Origin: Hydrolagus affinis
Taxonomy: Eukaryota
Direction of reading: 5' to 3'
Length of the DNA stretch: 61,181 nt
Assembly: GCA_012026655.1 (NCBI GenBank)
Contig: JAAILG010000222.1
Coordinates: 62,001 to 123,181, forward strand
Program-made: the position numbers and the translations under genes
In this document: positions 51,696-61,181 of the stretch, one piece after another
Layout of the letters: every line of letters starts with the position of its first letter
How positions within the stretch are numbered: position 1 is the first letter of the stretch
Notes under the pieces: model-generated
The model's database searches: none
What the model was told of the DNA's origin: nothing
The model's input: only the letters and a program-made list of their open reading frames with translations

Positions 51696-53554
51696 TCCAA
51701 CTGTTAGCAAGAGTTTCTCTAACTATCCTCCTTGGGGGTGTGGGGGAGTGTGGTTTCCTTGGAGTTGAATCCACGGAACGTTTTTCCTGCAAAGTCATTT
51801 TATATCTGCCAGAGTCTTATGTTTGCTTTACTTCCCCCACCCTCCACCTCCCCCCACCCCTCCCAACCCCCACTCCATTGATGGACAAAACAGTAATTGA
51901 CATACAAAAGAAAGGGCAGTTAGTCACTAAGTGTGGCACATTCAACAGATGTGTGTTGCTACCCATTCAGATGAATCACTCTCCACATCATTGCAGAACA
52001 CACTTGTTCCCGGCACATGATTATCGGGCTTCGTGCTGGCAAATGTTGCTGAAAATACTGCAGAATTTACATTTGGTTATTCCAGCAATCTGCTGATCTC
52101 CAGGATAGACTACGGTGGTAACATTTGAAGCAGAACCATGGGCTAAATAGTTCTTCTCAAAATAGAAATCCAAATGAGTTGGATACAGCAGGACTCGTTT
52201 GGAATTGACTGTAGACCAGACGTGAAGCGTTACTCCCACATAACAAGCATTCAAGAAGCATATGGAATGAATGTTGCTTATTTATCTGAGTTCCTCACGA
52301 ATAAGGCCTTTTTAGAACTTTTCACCCACCAAGGGTTTGGGATCAATGAGATTTAGAGGGTTTTTTCACGTAAATGACAGTGGCAGTTGGATAGGTACTG
52401 ATTTTTTTTTCTCTGCAGAGATGATCAAAGAACCTGGAGAGAACTATTCAAAAGAATTCACTTGTAATAGGTATATACAGCTATAAGCTGCTAGCTCACA
52501 TATTCTCTCATTACCACACTGCACACATTCTTAACACTGCCTGGCTACTCTCTTTATTCTCTTCTCTCAGCTATGCTTAGGACAAAAACCCAGGGTTTGC
52601 CACAGTTTGTTAAGCTGCTTGTGTGCTGCCTGACATTTCCCTCTCGGCTCCTGAAACCCTCAGGTGATCTTATCAGGCAAGGTAGTCTCAGTTTGGCAAG
52701 CAACAGGAAGTTTGCCAGTCAGTGTTCTTAATGGTAACCTATGCAGTTTTAGCCAGTTAAACTCCAGATATGCGCAGTCTGGGCCCCAAGCCTTGGCTCT
52801 TGCCAACCTGCACCTAGTACTCTCCAGAATTAGATATGATGCAGCCTTCAAGGGAGAGAGTGTACATTCCATTTCCAAACACAGGGAAATTTCAATGTGT
52901 AGGTGGCATACATACATATGTAGAACTTTGTTTGGGTTGGATACTCTTATGCGTGGTCAGGAGTTTCCACGTGTCAGATCCACAGCTGACCAAAAATAAC
53001 AATTATTAAAGATGGTAAGTGCTATAAAAGCCTATAATTTTATAGTGGTATCCAAATTTAGCTGTTATAAAGTTAATGGGTTCTAATTCTGTTTAGGAAT
53101 TCCTTGATGGGATTCATTAATAAGGAAACTGACTCACACAAATGGGGACTTCTTCCGGTAACCTGAAGTGCATCAGGCACTGTGGGAAATCCACTCTGAC
53201 AAGATATCCAGAGATCAGTTCCCCAGGTCAATGAGAAAAATTGTTTCATAAGAAATGCCACAAATCAGAACACCAAACATTCCATTGCAGACTGGAGACA
53301 CTGTCAAAATCAACCAACCAGTCATCATTCAGTCAGTCAACTGAAATGCATACAAAGCCCTTTTGGATCGGGAACTGAAATCCGTTCAATTCCCTCAGTT
53401 CCCTCAGAATTAAGCATCTATGGTTTTTTTCAACCATTCCTAACTTATTCGTTGTTTGGGGTCAATTGATTAAAAACACATTGACTAAAAGAACAAAAAT
53501 CCTTGATGTGGATTAGTTTGGATATGTCAAAACAGACAAACACAAATCTATAAC

Positions 53555-53569
53555 CCAGCAGATGGTGCA
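53555..53569 (+). promoter_or_regulatory. CTCF-like motif
   Basis: ccagcagatggtgca is close to the CCASYAGRKGGCRS core; motif match only. Confidence 0.25.
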
Positions 53570-53844
53570 TAAACCCAGAGGTCAACTATCAAATGTAGTT
53601 TCAGATGGCCAGCATGTTTCTGTGAGCTGTCAATAGTCAGTGGATGAATGAAAAATGCTGAAGATTCACTTATACCTCAGTGATGCCTTTATGAATGATT
53701 AATTACTCTATAATACTGTTACGATTTTTAAAAGTCTCCTGTGTCATTCATCATCTCTTACATTTTGACCTGAATGTACAGTGTTCATAATGTACTAATT
53801 TTATATCTGGTATCTTGTCAATAACATCAGGGTAAGTGCTTTCT

Positions 53845-54045
53845 AGTAGCTGTTGATGGAACTCACTACCCAGTATGAAGCTGAGCTATAAGGAACAGCA
53901 AGGTCACGGGTTGGATTGCTGGTCTGCACTGAATCGTTGATTCCTCCAGGGAAGTAACAGCAGTATTATATTTACTTCTACACTCCTCAGCAAGTGTTTT
54001 CATATCTGTTAGTTATTCAGATATCTCTGCCTGTGTGCAAGTCAG
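53845..54045 (+). mobile_element. Ancient tRNA-SINE relic (AmnSINE2-like)
   Basis: tcactacccagtatgaagctgagctata...aaggtcacgggttggattgctggtctgcactga; family name recalled from memory. Confidence 0.45.
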
Positions 54046-54139
54046 TACTGTACTAGGTTTTGCATCTCTGAGAGAAAATTGAAGGGGATACGAGACATAT
54101 CTTAATTGTGAGATAAATTGAATTCGGACATTGTATAGT

Positions 54140-54291
54140 ATAATAATTTTTGCATTTAATATAGCTTTACCAAGACTTCGAGATGTCCTCAAAGCGCTTC
54201 ACTTTAACGTGAATTGATTGTATATTGTGTGGGCAAATGTGGCAGCCAATTGTGCAGAGCGGTTTCCCACAAACAGGCATGCGTTGATGAC
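54140..54291 (-). mobile_element. SINE 3' half
   Basis: tgcatttaatatagc...caaagcgcttcac...gtgggcaaatgtggcagccaattgtgcagagcggtttcccacaaacag. Confidence 0.85.
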
Positions 54292-57200
54292 TTATTGTGC
54301 ATGGGTTTGTCATAAGTATGTGCATGTACATTTTAGATTGTAGATACAGTAGATACATGTGTACATGATAAACTTAGTGTGTTGGCCTGTTTTTTATGAT
54401 TGAACTCATGACTGCACTATGTATAATTTTGAAAGCTGGTAGATATTGCCTTTACAGGTTGGTTCAAGTTTGATTGTGGTAGCGTACAATCGAAGTTTTA
54501 ATGAGTTCACTTCGCTTATAGGCTTTGTAATTGTATATTACGATAGCTTTGAAACAGACCAAAAATTAATTTTGCACCCATGCATTGTGTGCAATAGTCA
54601 TTCAGGCTACTTGAACAATCAGTGTAGTGCAATTATGAGCAATTATTATCCGAGTGTCAATGTGCAATTTAATACTTTTCATGTTATAAGGACTGCGTGG
54701 GTATTTTAATCCAACAAAATGTTCGATACAAACCTGAAAACAGAACACCTTAATATCAAAAATGAATCACTTAACCTTCAATAATGAGTTAGACTTTATT
54801 TGGGCTGACAATGACTGAAGCAAAATTGCATTTGAAACATCACTGAGGTCTAGGCTAAATGTTAAGGACCACAAGCATTACGGTTTTGGCATTTTATTAC
54901 AAAACAAATGACTCAAAATATAGACCTAAAAACCCATCTGACTAAACCAAGTGGATGGCAAAACAGAGAGAATAAAATTGAGAGGTTGAAAATGTACAAA
55001 GAACAAATATGATTTAATGTGCTAAGCAGTGGTAATAAACTGAATAGGCAACAAAAAAGGAAGGACTGGGGAAAACTAGAGCAAATACGTGAATGTGATT
55101 GTGCTGACCAACGTATAATTTCCTTCAGCTTAAAGCAATGTGGCCACAATGTAAGTTTTCCCTCTTTCAAGACTAAAACTGAATAAGGTACAGAATAGTG
55201 ATAGGATCAGGAGTGATATCATGGTATCAGTTGCTGGTGGACATTGTATTGAGCACCTGAATAACTTATTTTTATTAACGTAACACATTTTAAAACTCAA
55301 AAGCAAGTGGTTGGGAAAAAAGTAGACTTCTAAGTTATTTTTAGAAAAGAGCAGACTGATTATTTTTGAGCATGTTTTACACTACGGGATGAGAGTTGTA
55401 CTATCCAAACTAGATATGTGACAGTTCTGTAATATCCTTCACATTTGTATATCACCTTTCATGTTCGGGGGGCAACTCAAATAGACTCAGTATTTCCCAT
55501 CTGATAAGGAAAGAAGAGATGTACCCAGTGATTTTGATTTTGGTTATATAAACGCCACAGCACTGACATCATCAAGTTTTAAAATATTGACCATGTAACA
55601 TTATTCTGAAGAAATAGAAGCATTGATGAGTATTGTACAATACAATGCTGTCACTTTTTATTCATCTTGGAGCAATGTGGATGTTTCACTGACAACTCAA
55701 GCCATATTCACTCACCATCAACAACAATAGCAACAACAACAAAATAATGCATGACATCCAAATCTTACTTTTGCATGTCCCTCCAGTAACACTCTCCACA
55801 TTTGTCCATAACAGTAAACACATTTCATACATTCCCAACATTTAGATATTGACTTCAATGTCAAATGCTGCTTTGATACCTACCATGCAATAATGTGGAT
55901 AATACATAGCACAAAGCAGCCCTCCCTGTCTTTATTTACTTTCTTGAATCTGATGGTAGATCCACTGGAGGTTTAGCAGGCCCAAATTTGCAGGGCAAAG
56001 AAATGGAAACAACTGAAAAGTACAATTGGTGGATTCGACAGACTTTGCAGGGATCTTGAAGTCAACCTTTGATTGCTAAAATCTGGAAAACATTTCTCTA
56101 TTTTACTGGGAATTAGTTGACCTATTAAATGTTTAACTTGTACCAAAAAGTTTTCAATAGGGCGCGGTGGGCAACCTGTACTATTTAGAAAAGAGCTTTG
56201 TTTTATCTCCCTTGACAACTGTGAGTTGTGCAGTGCAAACATTGTATATTAAGCACAAAATGGTAAAGGTAGATATATACATATCACTATACAGTGGAAC
56301 TGAAGTATTTCTGAATCACTGAAACACTTCTGCTGTGACTGAAATGTTTCGCGCACCTGTGTGTACAGTCACTAAAATCTCATGTTATAAGGTTCAAGCG
56401 TTCCTTTGATATTGCATTAAATCTGAACTACTCTCAAATCTTAAGCACCATAACAAGTAATCTGTAATGTTTTCAATGTGTTGTTTCAACTCCAAGTGTA
56501 ACATCATCTGCTTCTCTGAACTCTGCTCCCAATTGATAGGTTGCCCTCAAATAAACAACTCTATACACTGACTAGCCTTTGTGCTCCTATAACTTACTAA
56601 TGTTGTCCTCCGTTGATGTTCCGTATCTGTAGTTCACACATACCGCCACGAGCATTTGTCTGCTTTGAGTTTATGCTTGTAGTTCACTCAAGTCCATTTT
56701 GTTTTGTTTTCTGTCATGATCACTGTCCAATAGCTGGATTCCTTTCCTCATCCTGCTCTGCCTTCAATCCAGATCAGAAGGTTTTAACCCGAAATAGACG
56801 AATGGTTGGCATAACAACATAAATAGGGAATCTACCTCCACCCATTAAAACTGCAACAGAGCTCATCTGCTTTCTAACTGGAAATGAATACAGTAATAGC
56901 AATAAATATAGTGGTCCTTAATCAGAACATAATGTACAATATACTTCATTTATTAATAAGATGAATGAATTTTTGTTGTGTGTTTTCATTATAAGGAAGT
57001 GACATTATTTTGCCTGTGGTTGGTTTCAGCAGGCTCGATCATCTGAATGACCTTTTCACCATCCTACATTGTTGAACAGAATTGAAAAATCACACCATTG
57101 TGGAATAGTTTTGTATATACTTACTGGAATTTGCTTCGGCAAAGTATTACCTGATCAGAACACACTTATCTTCATTGTCTGAAGGATAATTTTCATTGGA

Positions 57201-57684
57201 ATTACTTAAATATACATAATTAAATTGTTCAGAGGTCTTACAGAGTGCCGCTTGTTGTATTTTGTATTTGTTTGGTCTGAATTTTTATAACTACTGTATT
57301 ATTCACATCATGCACTGAACATTTCCTGAGGCCCCAAATTACTATTAGACTTAATTTGAACTCTCCACCATAGTTATTCTTCTTTGTATAGACAATAATA
57401 TCAATGTTCTGCATATCCTTCCTGATATTCTGATCTGATGCTATATTCTCTTCTGACGCTATGCTCCTCTTTCCCAATATATTTCGTTTGTTGTTGACGT
57501 ATGTTTTAACTTTGCTTGACATTCAGTTCTACAGAACAAATTGACTGACCTTTAGAGGTAATGTGTGAGTTGTCCCAACATCAGTCAATCCTCATTGTTT
57601 TAAAACGTAGCAAGGATTCTAAGGCAAACTCATTATTCATTGCCATTTATGTTTAAGGTAAACTTAACCCGAAGGCAAGAATTT

Positions 57685-57938
57685 AACAACAACAACAACA
57701 ACAAGTTGCATTTATATAGTGCCTTTTGTTATTCAAACGAGGGTTTGCAGGCAAGAGGGATGGAAGGCAAAAGGGCTTGAAGGTTGGAAGATAACCAAAG
57801 ACACAGTCAAGGAAGGTCTTGCAATGGATCATGAATGAGACAAGGGAGGGGGTGAGAACAAGGGACTCCAGGATGAAGTTCCAGAGGGAGCAGGCAGAAA
57901 ACCTGAAAACCCAACTGCTTATGGTAGGGTGAGCATCG
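57685..57938 (-). mobile_element. L2 LINE 3' end, diverged
   Basis: (caa)n tail; minus-strand peptide HPTISSWVFRFSACSLWNFILESLVLTPSLVSF...KTFLD is homologous to the 43846 ORF2 end. Confidence 0.8.
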
Positions 57939-58080
57939 AACAGGTCAGTGCCTGCCAAGGTAATATGGTGGTGATGTCTTTGATAATGTTTGGGTGCTTG
58001 CATGGGAAAGAAACTGTGGTGAATGGAAGAAGTGAGATATCCTAAAGGGAGTGGAACAAATTGGGTGGGGGGAGTCCAGT

Positions 58081-58104
58081 GAGAGAGAGAGAGAGAGAGA
58101 GAGA
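58081..58104. repeat. (GA)n microsatellite
   Basis: Read directly from the sequence. Confidence 0.9.
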
Positions 58105-58160
58105 AATGAATTGAGTCAGTTATTACCTTTCATTTGCAGTTCAATCTGCAAATTCTGACT

Positions 58161-58265
58161 CAACAACAGATGCTACCCTCTACACTGGGGAGCGTCTCAG
58201 AGCGTTTAACAGCCTGACATGGGCGTAAGTGGGGGGATGTGGCCTTAAGCATGGTGGAAGAAGAA
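58161..58265 (-). mobile_element. L2-type 3' end, second subfamily
   Basis: caacaac...ccctctacactggggagcgtctcagagcgtttaacag, similar to 43394-43541. Confidence 0.55.
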
Positions 58266-58691
58266 TTGTGTGTGTGCAGTGTGTGTATATGTGTGTGTTC
58301 TGACATGGATGTCAATCACTTTCCTGAGAAATATAAGCCAAATTGTTTAAATTACGCTGAGAGTTCGTTTCTGTCATTAAAATTGAAGTCAATCCATATC
58401 TTTCATAAACAAAATGCTTGATTTAACATTCAGAAGCAGTGATGAGAAACATTTCCCACTGAAATAATTTTTCTCTGTCAAAATATTTGACACACTGTAA
58501 GCTAATTATATATAACTTTGCCTCTCTGAATGAAGAGAGTTCACTCAATAAATTAAGGTTCACTTTTATTATATTCTATGAAATTACACACCAGAATCTT
58601 ATTATTTTATCTCCAGCTGTTTTCCTTGGTTTGCTACCTATTAAATAGGTAAACATATTAAATCTGTATTCTAGAAAAGCGTTCAAACTAA

Positions 58692-58960
58692 AATAATAAT
58701 AATCATAATCCTTGCATTTGATATAGCCCTTTTCACAGCTATAGGCTGTAAAATGAATTGACTGTATAATTGTAGATGAAACGTGGCAGCCAATTGCGCA
58801 CAAACAGTGGTTCACTGAAATGACCAATTATTACTGTTTTTTTCGAGGGAATATTATCAGGGGTGTGGAGTAAGGAAACTTGCCCAAGGTTTTGCCCTGC
58901 CTGGAATTGAACCCAGGTCATTCGCTTGCGAGGCAAGTGCCAAACCACTGAGCCACAGGG
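58692..58960 (-). mobile_element. tRNA-derived SINE, full length with internal deletions
   Basis: Minus strand: cctgtggctcagtggtttggcacttgcctcgcaagcgaatgacctgggttcaattccaggcagggcaaaaccttgggcaag... to tail. Confidence 0.9.
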
Positions 58961-61181
58961 AAAAAATTGCAATGCTTTGAAACCATACATTTTTAAATAT
59001 CGATATTCAGTAATTACCAAAATATATATTTCATGTTTTTCTTTACAAAATTTTCCTTCGAGCACAACCATGTTCCTCCCAGAAGAGTTTGGTTTGCATG
59101 TCTCTCACCTTCCATAAAATTGCATAACAGCATAATTTATTTTATCACATTGAGGTTTAGCTATAAAATTAATATTGGCAATTCCATGCGCAAGTACGTC
59201 TAATGCAATTGAGAGTGAATTAGTATAGGCAATTTTAAAGCTGCAGCATCCCTATGGGTTGGTTTCCATATGCTGTCTGAAAGCACTGTACAAAGCATCG
59301 GCCATTTTCAAATTGTCTGGTATTGCACATAATATTTCTAAAGTTACAAATGCTCATAAGTATCACTGCTGTAAACATAAAGATGGATTCCAGAAGTGCC
59401 GAATTTGTACAGATCTTGAAGGTGCATTACAAAAATCAATTTGTAATCATGAGAAAGCTTGGGCCCACTTAAAGCCTTCCTACTGCATGTTTCATTGTTC
59501 TAAAATCCAATTATGAGGTTCATCACAAGAATGGTTTAACCATTTGAATGTCATGATGTTTCCAATATTCCAGGATGCAACATTTGTTTGGTGTAAATCA
59601 ATCTTGTCTGACACATGCAAACAGATTTGGGTCACCTTGAATATAGGCCTTAAAGGTGTTAAGAAAAATGTTGGGATTAGTTAGGAATCACAAAGAATAT
59701 TAAATGATCTACTGTCTATAAATGTCACCAGGTTTAAAGTTCAAATGAAAATATTCAAAATTAAAATACCTTTAGTACTAGGTTATTGTAGGTTACTGTA
59801 TGATTTTAATAATTAATATTCTGGATACCAAAGTTCATTTCTGTTTTATAATCAGTGTGGGGGTTTTAAACCGATGAAGTGATGTGTGTATTTTATAATG
59901 TTTCTTACAAGTCTTTCTGAAATTCTGTGAATTTGTGAACAAAAATGAAATCGAAGCCTGGTGAATTTTGCAAAGAAACCCTAGAGAAATAAATCTTGAT
60001 TAATACAGTAATTTTCTGAATGCAGAAATGCCTGTGCCTCCAAGTGGTTTAGGAGAATTGCTATGAATGATTTCCCAAGAAATCATTCTGAAAGGAAGAA
60101 AAGTATTATTAGAATTAGATGAATTTCAGATTGTTGGAAGTACAGATATGATTCAAAACATTAAGCTGCTAATGTCTCTATCTCTCCCATTGCTGTAAGT
60201 TTAAATTTTATCTGCAGTGTGGACTTTCCAAGCAGCACTTGTTGTGCTTTTAATCAACTTTATTCTCCTTGTCATTTAAAAAAATGTATGTTTAGACATA
60301 AACTAGCGAAACTTGTGCTTCAGCAAACATGCGGAACTGCAGCCCATGTTACTATCGACACAGAAACGCCACTCAATATTAATCTTTACATATTTAATAA
60401 TTACATATTAATTATTTTTAGAAACAGATTCTAACACAATGGATTGCTTATTGGGAACATAAATTGCCATTTCTTCGTGGTATTTTACCATTCAGTAAAG
60501 AAGTAAACTGAGAATTGTTCCAGGATAAATTGTTTAAGAAAGGAAATTCTCCGATTCAGCACCATTGTATTTGGGACAGCTATATCTTACAGTGCCATGG
60601 TACTGTACTCAGTTAAAACCTGAGTTTTGCATGAAGATAATCCACACCTTATATCAGGGCAGTTTCAATATTAATGTGCCTTGCAATAAAGCAGAGAATT
60701 CATTAGTGAATAGACTACACCCTTGTCATGCAGTAGAGGAATTTAATAATATTCTGACAGAAAAGCTTAACTGGATCACAATGTCACATCAGGTGCAGCA
60801 AGTTTTCAATTTCCTTCGTACATCTCAAACTGTCATGGAAAGACTCATCCTAAATATATTGTGAGAGGGTCATATCAATCTAATTTAAAAGTTGGAAGTA
60901 GCCAAGTACCACCTTGAACCATACCGAATTCTATTTTTACTCATGACTTCATACAGTAGAGGTGGGCAGTTCTTCAATCTCCACTCATTCAGCTTCATCT
61001 GAGGGTTGCATTTATCAACTTCCACAAGATCCAAACATACAATGTCTCCTGTTCAGATTGTGATGACTGATGTTTGGTAGCTCAGTTAACAATGTTAAGC
61101 ATCTTTGCCTCTCCCTCTGGTATTTTGACTTCTGACCCTACTTCACGAGGACAGAATGGCCCTCAGGGAGCTTTTCAACAT

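Noticed and set aside
51358-52096. Longest ORFs in the track (146 and 134 aa)
   Set aside because: The first runs through a SINE tail and the second through a low-complexity C-rich tract; neither has protein-like features

Overview
AT-rich, CpG-depleted eukaryotic DNA, most likely an intronic or intergenic stretch of a cartilaginous-fish genome. That assignment is inferred from repeat content recalled from memory (tRNA/Deu-domain SINEs, shark-type CR1 3' ends, L2 tails; the dominant SINE resembles the elephant-shark SINE2-1_CM type). I found no host protein-coding gene, and nearly all ORF-track entries are chance ORFs or repeat-derived. The window is a layered transposon record: (1) about 15 copies or fragments of one ~300-bp tRNA-derived SINE; (2) older, complete Deu-domain SINEs plus tentative LF-SINE-like and AmnSINE2-like relics; (3) many 3' ends of L2 and CR1 LINEs; (4) a decayed Ty3/Gypsy gag-RT fragment that lacks the protease region (30545-31980, minus strand); (5) a young 666-bp Tigger/pogo-type MITE with 22-bp TIRs, a TA duplication and internal minisatellites (40077-40742). 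The most notable observations are the modular SINE whose middle is complementary to its own tail, with two copies truncated at that point; the 3' stem-loop shared by the SINE and L2; and a ~100-bp locally templated insertion inside a CR1. I cannot support a novel multi-gene system here.
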